Origin: an uncultured Candidatus Saccharibacteria bacterium
Lineage (GTDB): Bacteria; Patescibacteriota; Minisyncoccia; Phycocordibacterales; UBA2100
DNA: 64,000 nucleotides
Assembly: GCA_964362175.1 (NCBI GenBank)
Contig: CAYIDD010000002.1
Location: 45,939 to 109,938 of the forward strand
Direction: 5' to 3'
The translations under genes were made by a program, and so were the position numbers. Of this stretch, positions 56,408 to 64,000 are shown piece by piece (the stretch's first letter is position 1; each line of letters opens with the position of its first letter). The notes below the pieces were generated by a model. The model was not told the DNA's origin. It worked only from the letters and a program-made list of their open reading frames with translations, and did not search any database.

Positions 56408-57550
56408 ATGCGCATCGTGCTCATCGGAGGGGGGAGTGGGGGGCATTTTTACCCCCTCATTGCCGTCGCGGAGGCGATTGAGGACATATGCCTCGAGCGC
56501 ACACTCCTTGAACCCGAACTCTACTATATCGGTCCGCCGGCATTCGATGCAGAAGCGCTTCTGGAGCACGACATTGTATATATCCCCGGCAGTGTGGGCA
56601 AAATGCGCCGGTACCCAAGCGTTCTGAACGTCTTAAGCGTTTTTTCCAACGCGATCGGCATCATCCGCTCCACACTGCAACTCTTCCGTCTGTACCCTGA
56701 CGCGATCTTCTCGACCGGCGGTTATGCCTCATTTCCCACCCTCTACGCGGCGCGTATCTTGCGTATTCCCGTCATTATCTACGACGCCGATGCCGTGCCG
56801 GGAAGGGTCTCTCTGTGGTCTTCCACATTTGCGCGCTATATCGGACTCGCTCATCCGGACGCAGCGGAAAAATTTCCTAAAAAAGTACACGGCAAAATAG
56901 CACGTATTGGACATCCCATACGAAAAGAGATCATCGCCCCGACCAAAGAGGGCGGACACGAATTCCTCCATCTCAATCCCTCCATCCCCACCATTTTTAT
57001 AATGGGCGGTTCCCAAGGCGCACGCGCCATCAACGAGGTCGTGCTCGATGCATTGCCGGAACTCGTATCGGAATTTAACGTTGTTCATCAGGCGGGGACG
57101 GCAAACCTGAAGGAAACGAGTGATATTTCTTCAGTAATCCTCAAAAACTCCCGCTTTGCGGAGCACTACAAAATATTCGGCCTCCTCAACACGCTTGCGC
57201 TGCGCATGGCGGCGGGCATCAGTTCACTCGTCGTGGCGCGCGCAGGTTCGGGCACCATATTTGAAATAGCAAGTTGGGGCCTGCCCTCGATCCTCATCCC
57301 CATCCCAAAGGATGTATCGCACGATCAGATAGAGAACGCCTTTTCGTATGCCCGTTCCGGAGCATCAGCTGTCGTGGAGCAACAAAATCTCACTCCCCAC
57401 CTCCTCGTATCGGAGATACGACGCGTTATGGGCGACGAGGCACTACGCTCAAAAATGGCCGGCGCTGCTCGCGCATTTGCGCGTCCCGATGCTGCCCGAA
57501 AGATCGCAACCATGCTTCTCGAAATCTCCATAGCGCATGAGCCCGTATAA
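56408..57550 (+). CDS. murG: UDP-N-acetylglucosamine--N-acetylmuramyl-(pentapeptide) pyrophosphoryl-undecaprenol N-acetylglucosamine transferase
   Basis: MRIVLIGGGSGGHFYPLIAVAEA; GT-B fold. Confidence 0.9.
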   Translation: MRIVLIGGGSGGHFYPLIAVAEAIEDICLERTLLEPELYYIGPPAFDAEALLEHDIVYIPGSVGKMRRYPSVLNVLSVFSNAIGIIRSTLQLFRLYPDAIFSTGGYASFPTLYAARILRIPVIIYDADAVPGRVSLWSSTFARYIGLAHPDAAEKFPKKVHGKIARIGHPIRKEIIAPTKEGGHEFLHLNPSIPTIFIMGGSQGARAINEVVLDALPELVSEFNVVHQAGTANLKETSDISSVILKNSRFAEHYKIFGLLNTLALRMAAGISSLVVARAGSGTIFEIASWGLPSILIPIPKDVSHDQIENAFSYARSGASAVVEQQNLTPHLLVSEIRRVMGDEALRSKMAGAARAFARPDAARKIATMLLEISIAHEPV

Positions 57551-57553
57551 CGT

Positions 57554-58876
57554 ATGAACGTCCGCGTGAGATTTCCTCCCAGCCCCACGGGCTATTGCCA
57601 CGTCGGTACTGCCAGAATGGCGATCCTGAACTATCTCTTTGCACGCAAACAGGGCGGAAAAATCATCTTTCGCAGTGAGGACACCGACAAGGAGCGAAGT
57701 AAACGGGAATTCGAGGCCGACATCATGGAGAGCATTACGTGGCTCGGACTTTCGTGGGATGAATTCTATCGGCAATCAGAACGTACCGCCGTGTATCGAG
57801 CGGCTCTTGAACGACTCATCGGAGAGGGAAAGGCCTACGTTTCAGAGGAGGAGAGTAAGAAGGAGCCGGGCGTCATGGTGAAGCCGGTGCGACTCAAGAA
57901 TGCCGGTAAAAAAATAACGTTCACCGACCTCATCAGGGGGGGGATAACGTTCGACACGACGGAGCTTAAGGATTTTGTGATCGCGCGCTCCATAGACGAC
58001 CCGTTGTATCACCTTGCGGTCGTCGTGGATGACGCGGATATGGACATAACCCATGTGATCCGGGGAGAAGATCATATCTCGAATACGCCGCGACAAATAT
58101 TGATCCAAGAGGCACTCGGATTGCCTCGACCCGCGTATGCTCACTATCCACTCCATCTCTCCGCGGAGCGGTCAAAGCTCTCGAAGCGCACGGGCGATGT
58201 CGCGGTGCGCTCCTACCGTGAAAAAGGATATCTTCCCGAAGCGCTCCTCAACTATCTCTCTGTCCTCGGCTGGACACCGCCTTCGGGTAACGAGATCCTG
58301 TCGCTCGAAGAAATGATCACTGAATTCGAACTTCGCGATATCCACAAAAGCGGAGCGGTATTCGATATTGAAAAATTGAATTGGTTCAACCACTCATATC
58401 TCGCGCGCCTGTCGATCGGAGAATATGAACAACGACTCGTTGAGTTTGCGGGAGCGAAGGGGAGCAAACTTCCGGACATTGAGCGAATATCCCACGATCT
58501 CCAACAGCGCGGACGAACGCTTGAGGAGGCACTCCAGCTGTATGAGGACGAATACAAGGGCCTGCAGTCGGCTCCACGCTACGACGTCGCGTTACTCCTG
58601 CGCGGCGCAAAGGTGGACGCGGGTACGGTAAAGAAACACCTCCAGTTTACGTCTACTGCATTGGGCGCCGTGCCCGACGATATGGAATTCAGTGCCGAAC
58701 GCGTCAAAAAAGAGATCTTCGACTATGCGACGGAACATGGCAGAGGCTCGGTCCTCTGGCCACTGCGCGTCGCACTTACCGGAAGAGAGAAGTCCCCCGA
58801 TCCATTCACGGTCGCGGGGTATCTGGGCAAAGAAGAAACCCTTCGGCGCATCAACAATGCAATAGGGATGGTATGA
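57554..58876 (+). CDS. gltX: Glutamate--tRNA ligase
   Basis: PSPTGYCHVGTARMAIL (HIGH region variant) and KLSKR (KMSKS). Confidence 0.9.
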   Translation: MNVRVRFPPSPTGYCHVGTARMAILNYLFARKQGGKIIFRSEDTDKERSKREFEADIMESITWLGLSWDEFYRQSERTAVYRAALERLIGEGKAYVSEEESKKEPGVMVKPVRLKNAGKKITFTDLIRGGITFDTTELKDFVIARSIDDPLYHLAVVVDDADMDITHVIRGEDHISNTPRQILIQEALGLPRPAYAHYPLHLSAERSKLSKRTGDVAVRSYREKGYLPEALLNYLSVLGWTPPSGNEILSLEEMITEFELRDIHKSGAVFDIEKLNWFNHSYLARLSIGEYEQRLVEFAGAKGSKLPDIERISHDLQQRGRTLEEALQLYEDEYKGLQSAPRYDVALLLRGAKVDAGTVKKHLQFTSTALGAVPDDMEFSAERVKKEIFDYATEHGRGSVLWPLRVALTGREKSPDPFTVAGYLGKEETLRRINNAIGMV

Positions 58877-60162
58877 GCGTATCCCGTTCCACGTATACGA
58901 TACTCGCCGTTCTCATGATCCTCGTGCTTTCGGCACCCGATACCTTCGGCGGAGAACTAAGCGCGGAAGAGTTGCAACGACAGATCAACGAGCACAACGC
59001 CCAGATAGCCGCGCTCGACAAAGAGATCGCGCAATATCAGGTGCAACTCGACGCAGTGGGAACCAAGAAAAAAACACTCCAGAACGCACTCTCGCAGTTG
59101 GATCTGTCCATAAAGAAGACCAACGCTTCCATAAGTTCGACAAAAAGCAAAATAAAAACGACCCAGTTGGAAATCCAGCAACTCGCCAACGGTATCGCGC
59201 GTAAGGAAACGTCCATCGAAACGGGGGGACGGGGTTTGCAGGAATCACTCCGGCGCCTCAACGAGACCGAGACGGAGCCCCTCGTGGTTCGCATACTTGC
59301 CGCCGGTGATATATCGGATGCTTGGGTTGATGCGGACGCGACGCAGACGCTTCAAGTGGCGATCGGTGAGCAGATCGATAAACTTTCGGTTGAGAAACAA
59401 TCACTTACCGACAGCAAAACGGCCACGGAAAAAAAGAAAGCGGAGCTTGTGAAGCAGCAAAACACGCTCTTGGCACAGCAGGGTTCTCTGAACGCCCAGA
59501 AAAAGGCGCAAAGCGAGCTCCTTGCACAGACCAAGTCGCAGGAATCCACCTATCAGTCAATACTTGCGCAAAAACAAGCGGCTCGCGCAAGCTTCGAGGC
59601 GGCCCTCGGGGATCTTAAAGCACAGTTCCAGCGCGCTGTTAATCCCTCAGATATTCTTGCTGCGGGCAAGGGAATATTGCGTTGGCCTGTCGACAACGTT
59701 CGCATCACCCAGCAATTCGGCAATACCACTTTTGCCGCCGCGGGCGCGTACAACGGCAAGGGTCACAATGGCATTGATCTCGCAGCCCCCATCGGCACGC
59801 CCCTCAGGGCTGCGCTCACGGGCAGGGTGCTTGGCACAGGCAATACCGATAGCGTGCGCGGTTGCTATTCGTTCGGTAAATGGGTGATGATACAACACAA
59901 CAACGGGCTCAACACCATGTACTCGCACCTTTCGCAGATCAATGTGTCTACGGGACAATCGGTGGGAACGGGAGAGATCATCGGCTATAGCGGGGAAACG
60001 GGTTATGCCACGGGCCCGCACCTGCACTTCGGCGTCTATGTGTCATCGGCGACACAAATAGTAAAGCTCGGCTCGGCCACCAACTCCACAACTCCCTGCG
60101 CCCAGGCCGTGATGCCCGTGGCCCCCCTTGCCGCCTACCTGAACCCGATGAATTATCTGTGA
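58873..60162 (+). CDS. M23-family metallopeptidase with an N-terminal coiled-coil (EnvC-like)
   Basis: Signal/anchor, long coiled-coil (QLDAVGTKKKTLQNALSQLD...) and C-terminal HNGIDLAAPIGTPL...HLHFGVY M23 motifs. Confidence 0.85.
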   Translation: MSVSRSTYTILAVLMILVLSAPDTFGGELSAEELQRQINEHNAQIAALDKEIAQYQVQLDAVGTKKKTLQNALSQLDLSIKKTNASISSTKSKIKTTQLEIQQLANGIARKETSIETGGRGLQESLRRLNETETEPLVVRILAAGDISDAWVDADATQTLQVAIGEQIDKLSVEKQSLTDSKTATEKKKAELVKQQNTLLAQQGSLNAQKKAQSELLAQTKSQESTYQSILAQKQAARASFEAALGDLKAQFQRAVNPSDILAAGKGILRWPVDNVRITQQFGNTTFAAAGAYNGKGHNGIDLAAPIGTPLRAALTGRVLGTGNTDSVRGCYSFGKWVMIQHNNGLNTMYSHLSQINVSTGQSVGTGEIIGYSGETGYATGPHLHFGVYVSSATQIVKLGSATNSTTPCAQAVMPVAPLAAYLNPMNYL

Positions 60163-60818
60163 CGTTTTCCGTCGCGGGACCACTCTACTGTTTTCATTGC
60201 GCGCAATTCTACGCGTGCAGCTTTTCGCAGTAGACGGAGATTTTTTTTGGGTGCAATAGGGAAGTGGCGAGAGTCGTCGAGGGCGTCTACGAGCCACACG
60301 AGGTCCTCTTCCTCCGTGACCCACTTTTTGGGAGCGAATTTTGATAGGTCGTAGGGCGCAGAATAATTCCGGAGCGATTTTTTACCGTTCCATTCAAGAT
60401 ACTCATGGAAATACGATAGCGCGAGCTCGCGCGGGGATCCGTACACCGGATCGCGGTAGCGGAGTATTGCGTGATTGGTCTTACTTATCGCACCCCAGCG
60501 GCCGGCCTGCTTAAAAAGAGTGACCACATGATCCTCATCTTCGGGAACCGTCTGAAAATCCATCAAAATCGGTTTGTGGCCGTGGAAAGCCAAGGCGGCC
60601 GCTGCCAACAAAGCACCCTCAAAACAATGTGCTGTTTTTGCGCGAATAACTCGTCGCGGAGACATATACGTCTCGCCTCTGCGTTCAAAATTTATCGGGA
60701 GTGTGTCTAAATAATTTTGGATTTTTTGCGGAGTCGCGAGTCCCCTGAAAAATTTGTTTTCGGAGGGGGAGAGGATGATCCCCATTTCCTTTACGTAACT
60801 CATGCGAACATTAAACAT
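60153..60818 (-). CDS. Hypothetical protein with a putative Cys-His (papain/transglutaminase-like) motif
   Basis: 221 aa. AHCFEGALLAAAALAFHGHKP suggests a catalytic Cys...His pair. Family not recognised. Confidence 0.45.
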   Translation of the reverse strand: MFNVRMSYVKEMGIILSPSENKFFRGLATPQKIQNYLDTLPINFERRGETYMSPRRVIRAKTAHCFEGALLAAAALAFHGHKPILMDFQTVPEDEDHVVTLFKQAGRWGAISKTNHAILRYRDPVYGSPRELALSYFHEYLEWNGKKSLRNYSAPYDLSKFAPKKWVTEEEDLVWLVDALDDSRHFPIAPKKNLRLLRKAARVELRAMKTVEWSRDGKRHR

Positions 60819-61223
60819 TATATGGGATATGGGCGCAGTCAGTCGGCTGACCCATACCGAAAAGTCAGCTCTAGCAGTATACTCAAATCTTGGATTCTGG
60901 GGTAGACGAAGAGTTCGGGGGACGCGGGCGGGGGGCGTGGGTGAATGGGGCGGGAAAACCTACCTCTCGATGCCCAAACGAAGCTCCTGAGGCATTTTAG
61001 AGCCCGTCATGAGCGAGGGTGGGAGGCGCGCGATGCACAGGTCTGTACTAAATTATACGTCGCAAAAGATATATTGTGCGACGTGCCATATCTCGGCGTC
61101 CCGACATATTAGACCACACCCCTGTCAACACTCTCTCCCCCTATGTAAGCCGCGGGTGGAAAATAAATCCGAAGCCGTAAGAATAAATTTGTTTAGAAAT
61201 ATCCTACACATGATTTCTCCTGC

Positions 61224-61252
61224 GAAAAAAATCGGGTCAGAAAAAGAGACCC
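61224..61252 (-). terminator. Rho-independent terminator for the minus-strand exonuclease gene
   Basis: Minus strand reads GGGTC-tctttttct-GACCC followed by GATTTTTTT. Confidence 0.6.
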
Positions 61253-61299
61253 ACCACCCTCCCCTATGGGGCGCCTACCCAAAAAAGAGATTTTTTAGA

Positions 61300-61896
61300 T
61301 TACGCGACTTTCCATGGAATTTCGAATTGGGAAAATTCCGGTAGCAATTTTCTGCCGTACAACAATCGTGCAATGACTTCCGCGTGACACAGTGCACCGG
61401 TAAGAGCGTTGTGAGGAGACGGTTCCTCCGGGATACCGCAGTAGTTGAGGACCGCGTCCAGATTAAGTGCCGAACGGCGATGTTTGACCGGCGGTTGTAT
61501 TCCTTTGTGCACCATGTGGACATAGCACATGGTGTGCGTGTCGAGCGTGCGGTGTGCGAACGGCCACTCTGTGTGTCCGGCACGCTCTGCCGCCTCTTTC
61601 AAGAAATCACGATCGAAGGAAACATTCTGTCCGGCGAATGTTCTTTCCTCCACACCCTCGCTCCATGCGAGAAATGCGTGGGTGAGATCCGCCTCGCTCG
61701 GTTTCGACGCATCATTGATCTGATCGCGTGTAAAACCATTTATCTCGAGCGCCTCATCCATGATATGTGCGCCATCCCATACGCGACACTCCATGTAAAA
61801 ACGGTTCGTCGGATTTGCAAGATCGAGAGCTCCAATACTCACAATGGAGTGTTTCTTGGGTTCGACACCCGTTGCCTCGACATCAAGGACGATCAT
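61300..61896 (-). CDS. DEDDh-family 3'-5' exonuclease (DnaQ/epsilon-like)
   Basis: Exo I motif VLDVEATG and Exo III motif HNALTGALCHAEV. 198 aa. Confidence 0.8.
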   Translation of the reverse strand: MIVLDVEATGVEPKKHSIVSIGALDLANPTNRFYMECRVWDGAHIMDEALEINGFTRDQINDASKPSEADLTHAFLAWSEGVEERTFAGQNVSFDRDFLKEAAERAGHTEWPFAHRTLDTHTMCYVHMVHKGIQPPVKHRRSALNLDAVLNYCGIPEEPSPHNALTGALCHAEVIARLLYGRKLLPEFSQFEIPWKVA

Positions 61897-61932
61897 GTAC
61901 GGAGTATAGCCTATCGCCTAAAAACACTGAAA

Positions 61933-62295
61933 TCACTCGAGTCCTTGGCAGTTTTTTGCGGGTTGATATCCCGCAGCGCGAGCGGACTTTTCACTTGCAA
62001 ACCAGATCTGGTTTTGAGGAAGTATCTTCGCCGCACCGGAGCACCAGGGGTAGTAATATGCGTTGCCCGTGCGGGCTGCCATCAAAAGACCACCCGACAC
62101 GAGGGCTCGCGGCCGCGCATCCACAGAGGCCTGCGCTATTGAAACAGGGGGCTGTACCTCCTCTAGCGCCGACAGACGACCCAGCCCGAAGGAGGAAAAC
62201 GCTACGAGGAAGACAATGACAACAAGACCCCATTCGTGTATGCCGCCCTCAAGAAGAAACTTGATTTTCTGCCCCCATTCGTGTATATTTGGCAT
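61933..62295 (-). CDS. Membrane-anchored protein with an Ada N-terminal-like (metal-binding fold) domain that keeps only two of the four Cys
   Basis: N-terminal TM. YYYPWCSGAAKI...NQIWFASEKSARAAGYQPAKNCQG aligns with the Ada FCRPSC...FYA...AAGFRPCKRC pattern. Confidence 0.45.
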   Translation of the reverse strand: MPNIHEWGQKIKFLLEGGIHEWGLVVIVFLVAFSSFGLGRLSALEEVQPPVSIAQASVDARPRALVSGGLLMAARTGNAYYYPWCSGAAKILPQNQIWFASEKSARAAGYQPAKNCQGLE

Positions 62296-62321
62296 GTTAG
62301 ATTTTCAGCAGTAACAGCATT

Positions 62322-62594
62322 ATGGCACATACCAAAGCAGGAGGAACAGCGCGCAACCTCAACGATTCAAACCCAAAGTATCTCGGCGTTAAGCGCTCTG
62401 ACGGTCAAAAAGTCGGCGTGGGCGAGATAATCGTGCGTCAGCGCGGTACCGCCATCATGGCGGGGAAAAACATCGGGGTGGGTGTGGACCACACGCTCTT
62501 TGCACGAATTGCGGGAACGGTCCATTTTCGTACCAAGAGAAAAACCAACTTCGACGGACGCTCCGCGAGCCGTCGTATCGTCGACGTGATCTAA
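62322..62594 (+). CDS. rpmA: 50S ribosomal protein L27
   Basis: [29 protein letters not shown]. Confidence 0.95.
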   Translation: MAHTKAGGTARNLNDSNPKYLGVKRSDGQKVGVGEIIVRQRGTAIMAGKNIGVGVDHTLFARIAGTVHFRTKRKTNFDGRSASRRIVDVI

Positions 62595-63037
62595 GCATTC
62601 GCGATTATCGCGAGCGCTATCTCCGCCTTTATCTCACCGGACTGAACAACGACGGTGTGTTCGCCTGTTTGTTTTATCGGCCTCGGCAGCACTATCGCCT
62701 CTTCCGGAATTCGTGCGCCCTTTTGCTCAGAGAGCGCCTTTACAATATCTCCCGCCACGATCGATCTGAATAGGCCGCCTTTTTCTGTAGCACGCGCAAA
62801 AATGGTGATACGAGCCCCCTCAACACTTTGGATAGCCGATGTGAGCGCTCTCTGTGCCAGTTCACGTGCGTCCCCCTCCCTCTTTGCGGCCGCTGCGTGG
62901 GCGGCGACTTTCTCCGGCGTCGCCTGGATGGCAAGTCCGCGCGCAATAAGAAAATTAAGCGCATATCCGTCGGAAACTTCCTGTATCGTCCCATGCTGCC
63001 CCACTTTTGCGACATCTTTGAGCAGGATGACTTTCAT
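62591..63037 (-). CDS. rplI: 50S ribosomal protein L9
   Basis: [31 protein letters not shown]. Confidence 0.9.
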   Translation of the reverse strand: MKVILLKDVAKVGQHGTIQEVSDGYALNFLIARGLAIQATPEKVAAHAAAAKREGDARELAQRALTSAIQSVEGARITIFARATEKGGLFRSIVAGDIVKALSEQKGARIPEEAIVLPRPIKQTGEHTVVVQSGEIKAEIALAIIANA

Positions 63038-63039
63038 AG

Positions 63040-64000
63040 TTACATGCCCTTAAGCATCTCAACGGCTTTATCGAGCTGCGGATCCTTGCCTGCTTCCGCA
63101 TCTTTTTCGGATATCTCCACTTTCACATCCGGCACTATTCCATCCCGAGGAATTTGCATGTCATCCGGTCCGAGCCATCGGGCAACCGTGATCTTGAGCG
63201 CTGTCTTCGGAGTTATCTCCACCAATTCCTGCACGGAACCTTTCCCGAATGTGTTGGTTCCCACGATCTTTCCCACGCCGTGGTAGCGAAGCGCTGCGGC
63301 AAGAATTTCCGAGGCAGAAGCAGAACCGCGATCGGTAAGAATGATCATTTTCAGGTGTTCGTTGAACACATTGTAACCGAGAGAGCGGTGCGCGACGTTG
63401 CGCGTATGCCCCGCATAGTCTTCGGTTACCACGATCTTCCCGCTCGGCAAGAACCAGCTCGCCATATCCACGGCGGCCTCCAGATATCCACCGGGATTTC
63501 CGCGCATATCAAGAATAAGCCTGCTGTATCCCGATTCAACAAATTCACGAAGCGCCGAACGGAAAAGGTCAGGCGCATTGGAGGTGAAGGTCATCAGTTG
63601 GATAACGAACACGCCATCCGGACGCTTGGTCGTGACGACGGTCGGCACGTTGATGACGTCGCGCACGACCTTGACCTCTTTCGGCCCGTCTACGGCGGGG
63701 CGCTGAATTATGAAGGTAACCGTTGTCCCCTTCGGGCCGCGAATTTTGTGTACGGCTGTACTGACGTCCATCCCTTCGGTCGAGACCCCATCGATCTTCA
63801 AAATGAGATCTAGGGCTTTTATGCCGGCCCTGTCCGCGGGTGTCCCCTTCAGCGGCGAGACAACTGTGAGTACCTGATCGCGCACCGCGATCTCCATCCC
63901 AACACCCTCAAAACTCCCGCTCATTTCTGTGGTGAACTCTTCGTTCTCGGCCGGAGGCAAGAAGAATGTATAGGGGTCGTTCAAAGATGCGGCAAGACCC
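63040..64000 (-). CDS. ctpA: Carboxyl-terminal processing (tail-specific) protease, S41 family; partial, the N-terminus lies beyond the window end
   Basis: PDZ domain and S41 catalytic region (GNPGGYL, ILTDRGSASASEILAAAL; Ser/Lys dyad). Confidence 0.85.
   Translation of the reverse strand, partial: GLAASLNDPYTFFLPPAENEEFTTEMSGSFEGVGMEIAVRDQVLTVVSPLKGTPADRAGIKALDLILKIDGVSTEGMDVSTAVHKIRGPKGTTVTFIIQRPAVDGPKEVKVVRDVINVPTVVTTKRPDGVFVIQLMTFTSNAPDLFRSALREFVESGYSRLILDMRGNPGGYLEAAVDMASWFLPSGKIVVTEDYAGHTRNVAHRSLGYNVFNEHLKMIILTDRGSASASEILAAALRYHGVGKIVGTNTFGKGSVQELVEITPKTALKITVARWLGPDDMQIPRDGIVPDVKVEISEKDAEAGKDPQLDKAVEMLKGM

Noticed and set aside
60819-61299. tmRNA or RNase P RNA in the long spacer
   Set aside because: No GGGG...T-arm...ACCA architecture, and no P4 (AGGAAAGUCCGGGC / ACAGAACCCGGCUUA) motifs on either strand. 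Only a partial resemblance (CCCGCGGCUUAC) was found.
61384-62142. 252-aa plus-strand ORF
   Set aside because: Antisense to the DEDDh exonuclease and Ada-like genes.

Overview
This 64 kb window reads as a gene-dense, largely single-orientation bacterial chromosome segment (about 55-60% GC) dominated by housekeeping genes.

Main content, in order: a uvrA fragment; carA-carB; a short-form uvrC; ddl; tRNA-Ala; an acyl-CoA synthetase with a large extra C-terminal domain; an RRM RNA-binding protein; rmuC; rplU; recR; dnaB; the infA-rpmJ-rpsM-rpsK-rpsD-rpoA-rplQ-rplM-rpsI ribosomal block; grpE-dnaK-dnaJ; trpS and a short-type aspS; scpA/scpB; a dcw fragment (dacA-like, mraY, ftsW, murG); gltX; an M23 peptidase; rpmA; rplI; and a partial ctpA.

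Accessory-looking content:
- an ATP-cone/Mrr-like nuclease, MgtC, a Cas4-like Fe-S PD-(D/E)XK nuclease translationally coupled to a mini-MGMT, and a GNAT, forming a DNA-repair/defence-like cluster;
- an nspC/CANSDH norspermidine pair;
- a SET-domain protein coupled to a polytopic membrane protein;
- an actin-like ATPase followed by a bitopic membrane protein;
- a Trp-rich membrane-anchored 475-aa protein of unknown family;
- a sigma70-region4 + HARE-HTH protein;
- a two-gene module with canonical Shine-Dalgarno sites, its own promoter and flanking terminators.

Three sequence-level observations stand out:
1. Many genes have a TANNNT -10 box only 6-9 nt upstream of the start codon, which suggests widespread leaderless mRNAs.
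2. A family of about 26-34 nt tandem-hairpin mini-elements (TCCGCC-N3-GGCGGA and TCCTCC-N3-GGAGGA) is inserted in-frame in three unrelated genes (acs, nspC, dnaK), each time encoding a GGS(A/S)SGGK linker.
3. The tRNA-Ala CCA end supplies the A of the downstream acs ATG.

Truncated UvrC and AlaS, tiny intergenic spacers and many family-less proteins suggest a streamlined, possibly CPR/Patescibacteria-like genome; this is inference. No CRISPR array, rRNA or obvious transposase was seen.
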